Virus record (IMG/VR): IMGVR_UViG_3300013233_000773
DNA length: 64,000 nt
Direction: 5' to 3' (one strand)
From: a virus
Of this stretch, positions 47,601-58,196 are shown piece after piece. Every line of letters begins with the position of its first letter. Positions within the stretch are counted from its first letter, which is position 1. The position numbers and the translations under genes are program-made. A model generated the notes under the pieces. That model did not search any database and had not been told where the DNA came from. It saw only the letters and a program-made list of their open reading frames with translations.

Positions 47601-48605
47601 TCAAAGGCCATAACCAATGCCGATAGTCTTGAACGCAACAAACGTGTTACTGCTATTAGAGGACATCGCCTCGAACTGACCATCTGCGCCGATCCTCACG
47701 ACTCCAAAGTTCCACCCCGCAGTAGCCCCCGCACGCGTGATCCTCAAGTCCCATGCTCCAGACCCATTTGGAGCCACCACCGCATTGTTCACGTCGCCTA
47801 CGTTTCCGGTTATCCTACATGTCGCCATGAAGGCAGTCTCCCACGGCTTCCTGCCTGCATTGACGTCCCACGGGGTTGTATGCGCAGCACCATTCGTGCT
47901 GACCGTACGGACCGTCGCGACCGTGTTAAAGTCAGCAGTGCTGTTGTTTGTTCCAACGTTCCCGAACGCAGTCATGGACGGCCTCGCCACGAAAGACAGC
48001 CTTCGCAACGCCGAATCAGTAGGAACGGCCATCGGGCGCGACAGAAAATAGTCGACCCCGCTCCCGGACATCTCCATACCGATGCTGAATTGCGTCGCGT
48101 CCAAAGGAATGGACCTGGACACGATCAGCCGCTCCCAGTTGGTATTCGCTTCATGATCCAGACTGCTGGTTGTGCCTCCGCCAGTCCCATTGCTCGTTAT
48201 GAACAGCCTCACGGCATTCGATGCCACAATGGACATCTTAACCTCAGCAGAGAAAGTGAGCGTCAGACCAAGCGTTCCAAACAGCATGGAGTCAATCGTG
48301 CTCGACTCACCCTTGACGTATGGAATCTCCACGATAGGATCACTGGACCCGACACTGATCACGGACACCTTCAACGACATCCCGGCTCCACCCGGAACCG
48401 TAGTCGAATCCCCGGACACGAGAATGTTCGGAGACCCAGGCCCGACCGTAGACCGCCACCCCACGACCTCATGATTCTTTGAGGACGAAGCGACGTTGTT
48501 CCGCTGGATCGTGGTCGTATGCGTGCCCATGAGCACGCCTAGTCCAGGATTTATGACAATATTGCTCTGAGGCCTAACGGCGCCCTGTCCAAACACTATA
48601 GCCAT
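47601..48605 (-). CDS. Putative virion protein with carbohydrate-binding-like beta domain
   Basis: 334 aa, Ser/Thr/Gly-rich. WERLIVSRSIP resembles CBM-like jelly-roll strands (tentative). Confidence 0.6.
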   Translation of the reverse strand: MAIVFGQGAVRPQSNIVINPGLGVLMGTHTTTIQRNNVASSSKNHEVVGWRSTVGPGSPNILVSGDSTTVPGGAGMSLKVSVISVGSSDPIVEIPYVKGESSTIDSMLFGTLGLTLTFSAEVKMSIVASNAVRLFITSNGTGGGTTSSLDHEANTNWERLIVSRSIPLDATQFSIGMEMSGSGVDYFLSRPMAVPTDSALRRLSFVARPSMTAFGNVGTNNSTADFNTVATVRTVSTNGAAHTTPWDVNAGRKPWETAFMATCRITGNVGDVNNAVVAPNGSGAWDLRITRAGATAGWNFGVVRIGADGQFEAMSSNSSNTFVAFKTIGIGYGL

Positions 48606-48620
48606 ACAGTATGTTTGATA

Positions 48621-51600
48621 TTACAGGTCCAACAGGAACCTCCTCTTCCGACCGCCAAACACCCTCCGGAAACCACCGGCCTCCGCATACTCCCGCTCAG
48701 TCAACGACATCTTCCTGGCATGCTGATACAGCGTCTTCTTATGCAGAACATAGCCCTCACCATCCACATACCAATAGTCCGGCTGCACGAACCCATCCAA
48801 GCGCCAGTTCGAAGCAGAATAGATCGTCCCCACATGATTATACGTCTCATCGCTGAACGAAACAAGACGCCGCACCACAGGACGCAGCTCACGGACCAGC
48901 CGCACCGCCCTAGACAGGAACCACGAAGCAAGGTTCTTCCTACGGAACGCAGGACGGATACAGAACCTAGAAAGCTCAAGCACCTCCCGCACCGACATCC
49001 CCATCCTCGAAGCAACCTCCCTACGGACCACTGGCGCAAACACCGCAACCGCAGCCAAGTCCCCGCCACGGAAACACCCCACCTTCACCCCACCCCGCCC
49101 GATGCACCCAGCATAGTGATGCCTCGCCACGAACGCAGAAGCCTCCACCATCCCGATCTCCCGCACCGACAGCTCATCGAACGAAAAGTCAACCGCATCC
49201 TCCACGGCAAGGCCCGTCCAATACCGCACCAGGTCAAGGACCCTACCGCGAGCATGGAACTCATGCTCCCACACATGCTTCACCCGATACTGCGGAAAGT
49301 ACCTCGCCACGTACGTCGCCTTCGCACGGTCCCTCGCGGCCACCGAGCGCAGACCATGCCAATAGTCGCCCTGAACCTCCACCAGAAGACCATGCTCCGG
49401 CAGGAAAAAGTCGAACACATAGAACCCCACGCGAAACTGCTGAACATACTCGATCCCCAGCTCATCCAGGAACGAAGAAAAGAGCACCTCCACGCTCGAC
49501 ATCCTACCGGACTGCGAAGAACGGATCACCGCCATCCGCTCCCGGAACTCAGGATCAGCCCATGCCCTCCTCGATATGGCTGACATCTTCGCCCGGAACT
49601 CGTCCGAGGAGAAGACCTCCATCATCCGCTCCCGGAATTCAGGATCCTCCCACGCCCTACGGGCAGACTCCGAAGCCTTCGCCCGGAACTCATCCGAAGA
49701 GAAGACCTCCATCATGCGCCTACGGAATTCAGGATCCGCCCACATCTCCCTGGAAGATTCAGCACACTTCGCACGAAACTCATCCGAGGAGAAGACCTCC
49801 ATCATCTTAGAACGGAACTCAGGGTCTTCCCACCTCCTCCTGATTGCTTCTGTCATCCGCTCACGGGATTCTGGATTGACCCATTTCTGTCTAGCGACCT
49901 CAATCATCCTGGAACGGAACTCGGGATCCGTCCACTTCTCGCCGACCAGCCCTGACATCTTCTCCCGAAACTCGTCAGAGGAGAAGACCTCTGCCATCCG
50001 CCTGCGGAATTCAGGATCCGCCCATCTCCCTCTGACCAGCCCGGACATCTTCTCCCGAAACTCATCCGACGAGAAGACCTCCATCATCCTAGAACGGAAC
50101 CCTGGATCCTCCCACATCTCCCTAGAAGATTCAGCACACTTCGCACGAAACTCATCCGAGGAGAAGACCTCCATCATCTTAGAACGGAACTCAGGGTCTT
50201 CCCACCTCCTCCTGATTGCTTCTGTCATCCGCTCACGGGATTCAAGATCCTCCCACGCCCTACGGGCAGACTCCGAAGCCTTCGCCCGGAACTCGTCCGA
50301 AGAGAAGACCTCCATCATCCGCTCCCGGAATTCAGGATCCGCCCACGCCCTACGGGCAGACTCCGAAGCCTTCGCCCGGAACTCATCCGAAGAGAAGACC
50401 TCCATCATCCGCTCCCGGAATTCAGGATCCGCCCACCTCTCCCTGGAAGATTCAGCACACTTCGCACGAAACTCGTCAGAGGAAAAGACTTCCACCATCT
50501 TAGAACGGAACTCAGGGTCTTCCCACCTCTCCCTGACGAGTCCAGACATCTTCTCCCTAAACTCGTCAGAGGAAAAGACCTCCACCATCCTAGAACGGAA
50601 CTCAGGGTCCTCCCACCTCTCCTTGGAAGCTGCGGACGCCGCCTTTCTCCGAACAGGATCGTCCCATGTCCTTGCTGAAGCCCTGCCTACGGACTGCCTG
50701 TATTCCTCGGAAGCGAAGATCTCGAGCATCCTGGACCTGAAACCATCGTCCGCCCACAGCCGCCTAGATGTCTCCGACATCCTGCGCACGACCTCAGGAT
50801 CGGAATAACGGGCAGCAAGCGAACTTACTACCCTCTCGCGGAACCCATCCTCCCTCCAGAGGTTCCTGATGGTCTCGGACATCCGGGCCCTCCTGTCCGG
50901 ATCTGACCAGACATCACGGGACACCAGCCGCATCCTCTCCCTGAACGCCTCCGACGAGAAGACAGCCATCATCTTCTCCCGAAACTCCGGATCCGCCCAC
51001 CTCTCCCTAGAGATCCTAGACATCTTCTCCCGGAACTCGTCCGATGAGAAGACCTCCATCATCCTAGAACGGAACTCAGGATCCTCCCACAGGTTCCTTG
51101 ACCTTTCAGACATCATCCTGCGGAACTCATCCGAGGAAAAGACCTCCATCATCTTAGAACGGAACTCAGGGTCTTCCCATCTCTTCCTGACCAGCTCAGA
51201 CATTTTCGCCCTGTTCGCAGGATCAGACCAATGCCTAGAGACTGCACTCGACACCCGTTCACGGTATCCAGGATCCTTCCAAGCATTGCTTGCCGCCGAA
51301 GACAGTCTCCTACGACGCTCTGGGTCCGCCCACAGCTGCTCCATTCTGTCACGAAAGGCAACGGTCCACGCACGACGACCGAATTCGGACATTAGGCTCC
51401 TATGCTCGTCGCTGGCCATCCGCTTCTCGGCAGCAGCACGGCGCTCCGGGGTCCACGCACACCGCCCGCACTCGGCCATTCGCCGCCTGAATTCCTCTGA
51501 GCTGCGCAATTCAGAGACACGCTCACGGAACTCAGAATCCCTCCACATCTCCACCGAACGCGCCGACGCCCTCCTGATATACTCCGGATCATGCCACAGC

Positions 51601-52439
51601 TCTGCCATCCGCTCCCGGAACTCAGGAGTCCACGCACGCCGCCCATCCTCCGCAGCACGGGCCGTCTTCATCTCCCTGAACCCAGGCTTCAACCACGCCT
51701 CCCGACCAGCCGCAGACGCCTTCTCCCTGAACTCAGAAGAATCCCACACCGCACGCATCCGCTCACGGAACGCAGGATCCGCCCACATCCTCCTGGAACG
51801 CTCTGACATCCTCCCAAGGAACCCAGGATCCCCCCACAGCTCCGCCATCCGCTCCCGAAACTCAGGAGTCCACGCGCGCTTCCCGAACTCGCTCATCCGA
51901 CGCCTGAACTCATCATCCACCATCCGCTCGCGCCACCACCCCCTAGCCTCGCGCCAGAACTCCTCCGAAGCAGACCTAAGCTGCCTCCGGAACTCGTCGG
52001 TATAGATCCCGTCGAACTTCCCGTCACGATGAGCATGTGAAAGGCCACAGGCATTGCAGCGGAACCTTCCATCGTTCCTGCGGCGGTTCGCACGCACGTT
52101 CCTCAGCCTGGCCCGCACCTCCTTGCCGCAGAAGTCGCACTTCTCCGACACCATCGAACTGGACGGAGTCCCATGCCTCTCACGGGCCCTGGCACGGATC
52201 TTCTCCCGGTACTCGTCCGTATGCACATACCCGTTCACCACGCACCGCCGGCACACAAACTGACCATCGTTCCTCTTCTGGTTGTTCAGATAGGAACCAT
52301 ACTTGACCTCCTGCTCCACACCACACCGGTCACAGGAGACCATCACCCTGTCGGAACGCCTATGCTTGCCCTTAGTCAAGACCATGACAAAGCCCCACAA
52401 CAGCCCTCGATTACATATCCGACACGGCAACATTGACAA
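48621..52439 (-). mobile_element. Giant Zn-ribbon/helical-repeat/Vsr(DUF559)-like endonuclease-Mom fusion
   Basis: Two CxxC...CxxC ribbons; about 35 W.DP.FR repeats; GFYVFDF...LVEVQGDYWH...RDRAK...VWE; Mom-like HHY...ELSRFC...NLASWFLS...SFSDETYNHVGTIYSASNW. Confidence 0.9.
49520..51960 (-). repeat. Coding repeat array of 51-bp (17-aa) and 90-bp (30-aa) units
   Basis: For example, WEDPEFRSKMMEVFSSDEFRAKCAESSREM and WADPEFRERMMEVFSSDEFRAKASESARRA recur, some as exact copies. Boundaries approximate. Confidence 0.93.
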
Positions 52440-52453
52440 CCAAGTACAGATAC

Positions 52454-52487
52454 GCAGATGGCCCAGGATTACTCCTGGGCCATCTGC
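52454..52487 (-). terminator. Perfect 15-bp hairpin after the tail sheath gene
   Basis: GCAGATGGCCCAGGA / TCCTGGGCCATCTGC with a GTAA (GNRA) loop on the minus strand. Weak U-tract. Confidence 0.7.
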
Positions 52488-52510
52488 ACTGAACCATCGA
52501 TGGTCAAGTC

Positions 52511-55378
52511 CTACTGGACAGTACTGGTGACTACACCGCCAGCCTGCAGAACCTCATCCGAGGAGAACGAAGCGTCAGTCCTGAGAACAACCAGATTGAG
52601 CTGTATGAACTCCGCTGTCCTTGTGGGCTTCAGGAAGAAAGCAACGTGAAGCTCATTCCGATCGATGCGCTCAGGCGTATTGTTCCGTTCGTCGCTCACC
52701 ACCAGGAATCCGTTCAGCCCTCTCCTGGCCTGTATGTCGGCAAGGAAGGATTCGCTGACGTTCACCACGCGTGCCCGGGTGATCTCGTCGTTTGGCTCGA
52801 AGACGAACTGCCGGAGGAAGTTGATCGCGTTCTTCTTGATGAAGATCAGGAGCATCCTGACGTTCACCCGGTCTAGGGCAGACTGCTTGCGCTGGAGCGT
52901 CCGCTGTCCAAAGACCGTTATCCCGTCCTGTGGGAAGTTGACGATCGGATTGACCGCGTTCCCAAAGCCGTACATCAGGTCGCGCTCGCCCTGGGTGAGG
53001 TCGACCTCAGTGTCGAGCGGGGTGAGGAGCCTGCCCCTGGTGGTGCCGGCTGGGGCGAACCAGATCTCTGCATCGCGCTCGGTCCTAGCATAGACGCTAC
53101 TGACCTGCCCACTGGGCGGGACGAAGATGGTCTCGCCGCTGAACTGGTCGAAGATCTTGAGCCAGGGATGGTAGAGTGCTCCGTAGCTGGAGTCGATGGA
53201 GTTGGCCAGGTCGCTGAAGAGTATGCCATTGTGCCAGTCGACGACCTGCTGGGCGCGGAGTCCGAATGGGCTGTCGACGATGAAGAGGCAGTCTCCGCGC
53301 CGTTCACACATCTGGAGGGCCTGCCCGATGACGGCTCCGGAGGTGACTCCGGGGATGACCAGGAGGGTGATGTCGAAGACCTCGGGATTCTGGAAGGCGA
53401 AGATTCCGGTCTCGAGGTTGGGGTTGCCTATGATGGCCCTGTCCAGCTCCGAAGAGAAAGCGGGGTCGGTTGGGATGCCGTTGGCCGCGCCGGTGAAGCC
53501 GCTCCTGTTGAACTCTCCGGGCACTCGGACCTCGAAGGAGGCGAGGTCGTTGACCGGGTCGTTGGCGAGGAAGGCTGGTCTCGGGATCCATTGGATGAAG
53601 GCGTTGCCGTTGGGGCCTCCGAACCTGGATCCGGCGTTGATCACGTTGCCGACGTAGCGTTCCTCTCTGGGGTCGAAGGAGACATCGTCCACGGCGTCGA
53701 CGGTGAGGTTGTTCTTGTCCTCGATGACGATGCGGAACCTTCCCGCAGCGTCGGTGCCGCCTCCTGTCTGGGTGAAGACCTGGAGGGTGACCTTGAAGTC
53801 GTCGATCCAGGTGCCTGCGCTCTTCGAGACGAACCAGCCCACTACGTTTTCATAGTAGATCGAGTCGGCGAGGCATTCGTCGCTGGAGGGGTCGACCTCG
53901 CAGGAGAGTGGCGAGGAGGGAGTGATGGTTCCGGACTCCGGGAGCAGGACGCGGGGGTCGTTGAAGACCTGGAACTCCCTGGTGTAGGGGAAGAGGATAC
54001 CGAGCTCCTCGGCGAAACGGAGTGTCTTGAAGTGGGATCCGTCGGCCTGCATCTTGATGCGGTCGAAGCGGTTGTCGGAGGTGGTCTCGATGACGATCTG
54101 GACTTCGCCACCGGGGATGATGACGGTGAAGGCGTTCCAGAACCTGGTTCCGCCGTCGATTCCACCAAGGTGTATGGCGGAGGCTATCGCGGTGGAGGAC
54201 TGGGCGAGCCCGACGGGGACGCTGAACTCGATCTCGGTGGTAGACTGCTGCCCGATGACCTCGACGTTGACCCTGTTGTTGCTGGTGGTGATGTCGTAGG
54301 GGCCTGCGGTGGTGGTGAGCAGGTGGCTGCGGGGGATGTCGAAGGCCCACAGAACCTGTCCGACCTCGAGAGCGAAGGCCTCGGTCCCGGTCAACTGGAT
54401 GCTCTCTCCGGCGATCCTCGTGGTGAAGCAGACGGTCCCGTCCGCTTCTGCGACGGCGAGGTATGGGTCGGAGTCCGGGACGAGGGCGTTGACCGCGTCT
54501 GCGAAGGTGGTCGCGTCGGTGAAGGAGGACCCGTCGGCGAGGGAGTAGGTGGTTGCTCCTGCTCCGGCGACGAGGTCTGCCTCGACGGCGAACGAGAGGT
54601 TGTCCGGTCGTACGGTGAAGGTGAAGGTGTCGTTGGCGGCGATGGGGACGGTCCCCGTGACGACGACCTTGAACAGGAGCCCCTGTCCGGCGTCGATCAC
54701 TTCAGACTCGCCTGGGGTGGCGGACTCGACTAGGACGTCGGTGAGGACGGTGGCTCCGTCGGAGTTGCGGATGACGTCGAAGGTGGCTCCGTCAAGGAGG
54801 GAGCCGCCGGTGGTGGGGACGTCGCTGGTGATCAGGACGGTGAAGCTGTCGTCAATCGGTCCGGTGTAGCCGGCGAGGTCCACGAAGGTGAGGGTGGCTG
54901 AGGCCGGTCCGTCGGTTGGGGTGATCTCGACGTCGTTGTAGTCGATGTCGGTGACGAGGGCGGCGTGGAACTCGAGGGGATCGTCTGCGGTGATTACCCT
55001 GGTGCAGATCTTGCCGTTGTCGATGCCGGAGAAGACGGCTATACGCCCCCAGCCCTTGCCGCGGGCTCCGCTGTTGTCGATGCAGACGCTGGAGAGTTCC
55101 TCTGGCTGTCCGTCCTCGCACTCTACGCCGACCCGCATGATCCAGGCGCGGTTTCCCTCCTCGAAGTAGGAGAGGGCGGCGTATCCGAGGAAGGACTCGG
55201 GAAAGGGTTCGCCGAAGACGTCGATGTACTGCTGGGCGTTGCTGACGAAGGTCGGCTCCTGAACCGGACCCTTCTTTGCAGTGCCGATGAAGGCCGGTGT
55301 GAGCGCTCCGGTGGCCGCTGGGACGATGCTGAGGTCGATCTCGCGGGGGAACACTCCGGGCGAAAGGAAGACGGGCAT
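52511..55378 (-). CDS. gp18: Tail sheath protein (gp18-like)
   Basis: MPVFLSPGVFPREID, FIGTAKKGP, SSYGALYHPW, VFVPPSG, WFAPAG, NPIV, FGQRTL, DRVNVR, FVFEPND. Confidence 0.97.
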   Translation of the reverse strand: MPVFLSPGVFPREIDLSIVPAATGALTPAFIGTAKKGPVQEPTFVSNAQQYIDVFGEPFPESFLGYAALSYFEEGNRAWIMRVGVECEDGQPEELSSVCIDNSGARGKGWGRIAVFSGIDNGKICTRVITADDPLEFHAALVTDIDYNDVEITPTDGPASATLTFVDLAGYTGPIDDSFTVLITSDVPTTGGSLLDGATFDVIRNSDGATVLTDVLVESATPGESEVIDAGQGLLFKVVVTGTVPIAANDTFTFTVRPDNLSFAVEADLVAGAGATTYSLADGSSFTDATTFADAVNALVPDSDPYLAVAEADGTVCFTTRIAGESIQLTGTEAFALEVGQVLWAFDIPRSHLLTTTAGPYDITTSNNRVNVEVIGQQSTTEIEFSVPVGLAQSSTAIASAIHLGGIDGGTRFWNAFTVIIPGGEVQIVIETTSDNRFDRIKMQADGSHFKTLRFAEELGILFPYTREFQVFNDPRVLLPESGTITPSSPLSCEVDPSSDECLADSIYYENVVGWFVSKSAGTWIDDFKVTLQVFTQTGGGTDAAGRFRIVIEDKNNLTVDAVDDVSFDPREERYVGNVINAGSRFGGPNGNAFIQWIPRPAFLANDPVNDLASFEVRVPGEFNRSGFTGAANGIPTDPAFSSELDRAIIGNPNLETGIFAFQNPEVFDITLLVIPGVTSGAVIGQALQMCERRGDCLFIVDSPFGLRAQQVVDWHNGILFSDLANSIDSSYGALYHPWLKIFDQFSGETIFVPPSGQVSSVYARTERDAEIWFAPAGTTRGRLLTPLDTEVDLTQGERDLMYGFGNAVNPIVNFPQDGITVFGQRTLQRKQSALDRVNVRMLLIFIKKNAINFLRQFVFEPNDEITRARVVNVSESFLADIQARRGLNGFLVVSDERNNTPERIDRNELHVAFFLKPTRTAEFIQLNLVVLRTDASFSSDEVLQAGGVVTSTVQ

Positions 55379-55435
55379 TTGTTTATCTCCTCGTTCCGGC
55401 ATTTGGCATTCAGCGTCTGCTGTCCGCCGAGACAT

Positions 55436-55448
55436 CCTATATTTGACG
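55436..55448 (-). promoter_or_regulatory. Candidate late promoter CGTCAAATATAGG
   Basis: Intergenic, about 58 nt upstream of the sheath ATG. Identical to 43161-43173. Confidence 0.55.
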
Positions 55449-55541
55449 CGGCGGGCGCGCCACGGAACGGGAGAACGGACACCTCGGAGCGTGCCCTAAG
55501 GTGCCAATGTCTGGTACGGAAGGATTGTCCGTGGAGACCGT

Positions 55542-55832
55542 CTATTCCTGCTTGCTCCTGCCTACTATACGTATGCGCCCCTGCTTCTGGAGCCTGGTGA
55601 TCTGGGAGCTCCAGATCCTGTCGGCGTCGAACAGATGATCCTGGCCGGGGCCAAGCCGGACGTCCTGTGCTCCGACGTAGAAGTCGGTGCGGTCGCCGTC
55701 CTGCTTCCTGGGCGGCTTGAGGTGAATGGGGACCAGCTGCTTGGAGACGTTCAGTATGCGAATCGTCTCCTTCTTCCTCGGTGCTCTGCGGGCCTTGATC
55801 TCGTCGACGGTCGGCGGTCTCTTCCTGGCCAT
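55542..55832 (-). CDS. Small basic hypothetical protein
   Basis: 96 aa with AGAGG RBS. Confidence 0.7.
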   Translation of the reverse strand: MARKRPPTVDEIKARRAPRKKETIRILNVSKQLVPIHLKPPRKQDGDRTDFYVGAQDVRLGPGQDHLFDADRIWSSQITRLQKQGRIRIVGRSKQE

Positions 55833-55835
55833 CCT

Positions 55836-56714
55836 CTAGGCTCCTGTCCTCACGGAGACGACTGGAAGGTCGGACCTACCGGAGACGGTCTCCAGCAGCG
55901 CACCCGAGGTCTCCTTCAGACTAGTTACTGTTCCGAGGATCGAGGGAACGACCTTCTCGGGCAGGGGCAGCCAGGCCTCCATCGAGACGCTGAAGTCCAT
56001 GCGCTTGTTGGCGCGCTGGTCCGCCGGCACCTCGTCGTCCACGGCGACCGTCTCGCCGTTATACTTGAGGAAGACCGAGCCGCGAAGGTGCTCGTCCTCC
56101 ACCATGAACTCAGCGGCGGGATGGAACCTCCGGCGGACCTGATAGTTGACGTACTCGAGGTCCCTCTTGTGCTCGCCCCATACGGACAGGGTATAGTTCA
56201 CCAGGGCGGCCACCGGCCTGAAGGCCAGGGCGATCCTGCTGCAGTCGGAGTCGAGGAACCTCCTGGACATCCAGTGGAAGTGGGCAGGGCTGAACTTCTC
56301 CGGGTTGTGTGCGTCGTCGACCCTCTTTATGGACATGACGGGCAGGGTCACCCTTCCTAACCTGAGGTCCTGCGCCCAGACCAGGTATGGCCTATCCCCA
56401 CCGGCAACCCGTACCTGCATGATCCTGGTCCCGTCCCTGGTGGGGACGGGCATTCCGGCGAAGTAGTTCTTGAGCCCCCTGTCCATGGTCCGGTAGCCGA
56501 CCGGCAGAATCTCCCGGACCTCCTGGGAGACGTCCACGTTCTGACGCTCGAACCATATGTCGTCCCTGGGGAGGGCCTCCTTGCCCAGGTCTCCGCGCTG
56601 CAGGATGGCTGGCCTCTGCTCCGGCCTTTCCTTTCCGTCGCGGGGGTCGAGGCGCTGGTCGGTCTCCCTCTGTGGGGTTCCGTTGTGCTGGAAGTTGAAG
56701 TCGTGTATGGGCAT
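55836..56714 (-). CDS. gp15: Tail terminator / sheath stabiliser (gp15-like)
   Basis: VTLPVMSIKR...P...NYTLSVW pattern and position between the neck and sheath genes. Confidence 0.65.
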   Translation of the reverse strand: MPIHDFNFQHNGTPQRETDQRLDPRDGKERPEQRPAILQRGDLGKEALPRDDIWFERQNVDVSQEVREILPVGYRTMDRGLKNYFAGMPVPTRDGTRIMQVRVAGGDRPYLVWAQDLRLGRVTLPVMSIKRVDDAHNPEKFSPAHFHWMSRRFLDSDCSRIALAFRPVAALVNYTLSVWGEHKRDLEYVNYQVRRRFHPAAEFMVEDEHLRGSVFLKYNGETVAVDDEVPADQRANKRMDFSVSMEAWLPLPEKVVPSILGTVTSLKETSGALLETVSGRSDLPVVSVRTGA

Positions 56715-56716
56715 TC

Positions 56717-57034
56717 CTACTCGCTTCCGCCGATGATCAGGTCGACCACGTGCTCAGGGTCGGACACCTTGGCGACTGCCTTCTCGACGGCGTGCGTCTC
56801 GTCCTCTATCTGCCTGGCGAGCGCGCCGTCCGGATCGTCCTGGGTCAGGGGGACCCCTGCAACGAATCCGTTCGGGCGGTAGGCCGTCCGTACGGGGAGC
56901 CTGTTGCCGGACTCCTTGACGACCTCGGAGGCGAACTCATCGGCTACCCCAGTGATGATGGCCCTCTTGAGGCGGCGGATATGCTCCCTGCCGAGGTCGA
57001 ACATCTGCTGGGCGTTGTTGAGCTCGATGGCCAT
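56717..57034 (-). CDS. Hypothetical protein
   Basis: 105 aa coupled to the gp14-like gene. Confidence 0.7.
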   Translation of the reverse strand: MAIELNNAQQMFDLGREHIRRLKRAIITGVADEFASEVVKESGNRLPVRTAYRPNGFVAGVPLTQDDPDGALARQIEDETHAVEKAVAKVSDPEHVVDLIIGGSE

Positions 57035-57648
57035 CAGCTGTTCTCCTTGCGGAACTCGACGTCGACGGTGAGGTCTCCGGTCAGGTTCTCGACGACGCAG
57101 GACCAGTACAGCCAGCGGTACTTGAAGCTACCCGTGTCCGAGGGCCTGAGGACCCGGTACCGGTCGATCCTGTTCGACGGACCCTCGCGGAGGTCGGTCT
57201 CCTGCACGGCGAGGAGAGTATTGTGCGGGACTATCAGGACGTCTCCCTCGGAGACCATCCTCTTTCCGAAGGTGCGGAACACGAGCGACCTGGAGAAGTG
57301 GACTATGGTCTGGTTTGGTGTGTCCAGGCCCCACTTGGTGAGCTGGGACTCAGCGGGCTTGGGCACGAAGTAGCCCTTGATCTTGACGCCGTTCTCGTAG
57401 GTCGGGTCGGCGTCCTCGTCCCAGACCTCGTCGGCGTTGCCGCGGTTGCGCGTCCTGCGGTAGACGGTAATCATGGCACCGGAGATGTTGCAGATCTCCT
57501 CCGAAAGGAGCTCGGCGTAGGCCAGCTCCGGCTGTCCATGGTCGAAGACGGACAGCGGTGTGAAGACCTGCTCGGCCTCGGTGCGCAGGTCGTCCCCGGC
57601 CTGGGCGGACACGAACTTCTGTCTGTAGTCGAAGTCGTGCAGGGGCAT
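57034..57648 (-). CDS. gp14: Head completion / neck protein (gp14-like)
   Basis: EEICNISGAMITVY...EVWDEDAD...KWGLD...EGDVLIVP. True start inferred at MPLHDF (57648). Confidence 0.7.
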   Translation of the reverse strand: MPLHDFDYRQKFVSAQAGDDLRTEAEQVFTPLSVFDHGQPELAYAELLSEEICNISGAMITVYRRTRNRGNADEVWDEDADPTYENGVKIKGYFVPKPAESQLTKWGLDTPNQTIVHFSRSLVFRTFGKRMVSEGDVLIVPHNTLLAVQETDLREGPSNRIDRYRVLRPSDTGSFKYRWLYWSCVVENLTGDLTVDVEFRKENS

Positions 57649-57764
57649 CTCGTTCAAGCGTCTCCAGTCTGCTACCCATGTAGGTTTGAGGCCGCACGGA
57701 ACGGACCATCGCGCTCCGGGCAGCCGGGTCGACCAGAAACCGTCCTTGGCGGACATCAGCGACA

Positions 57765-58196
57765 TCACTTGCTCAAGTACGCACGGACACTGACCATGGC
57801 GTCCTGAAGCCGTTTCTCCCGCCCGTACTGGAACGTCCCGTCCGGTCGCCGGGAGGACCACAGGACGGTGCGTTCCTTGAACTCCAGTCTGAACTCTCGC
57901 CCGTCCGGTGCGCTCCACCACAGATGCACCGACCCGTCCCCGCATGGGCTCATGAACGGGAAGGGGAGCCCCAGCCTGCGGCTCTCGTTGCACAGGCTCC
58001 ATGCACGTTGCCATTCGAAGGGCGGGATGGCCACTCCGCCTTCGTCGTCCCAATTGTCCCGCTGCGTATCGCGGGCAAGGTGCCGTAGACGGTTCCCTAC
58101 GGCAAGGAATCCATGACCATCCCAACTCCCTGCGCTTCCATCCACCTGGAAGGAGCAAAGCCACTTGGACGACACCGCGACAGTGAAGTGCAGCAT
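57765..58196 (-). CDS. Hypothetical protein (NWDDEGG...PCGDGSVHLWW type)
   Basis: C-terminal part of track ORF 57765..58856. The upstream part is antisense to a real gene. Start uncertain. Confidence 0.55.
   Translation of the reverse strand: MLHFTVAVSSKWLCSFQVDGSAGSWDGHGFLAVGNRLRHLARDTQRDNWDDEGGVAIPPFEWQRAWSLCNESRRLGLPFPFMSPCGDGSVHLWWSAPDGREFRLEFKERTVLWSSRRPDGTFQYGREKRLQDAMVSVRAYLSK

Noticed and set aside
49520-51960. Long repeat array as a possible CRISPR array
   Set aside because: Units are in-frame multiples of 3, degenerate at synonymous positions and have no unique spacers. It is a coding protein repeat.
49576-52005. Long plus-strand ORFs 49576..50808 and 50869..52005
   Set aside because: Antisense shadows of the repeat-coding gene.
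57649-58164. N-terminal extension of the gp14-like ORF in the track (57034..58164)
   Set aside because: It overlaps a more plausible gene in another frame, and homology begins at MPLHDF.
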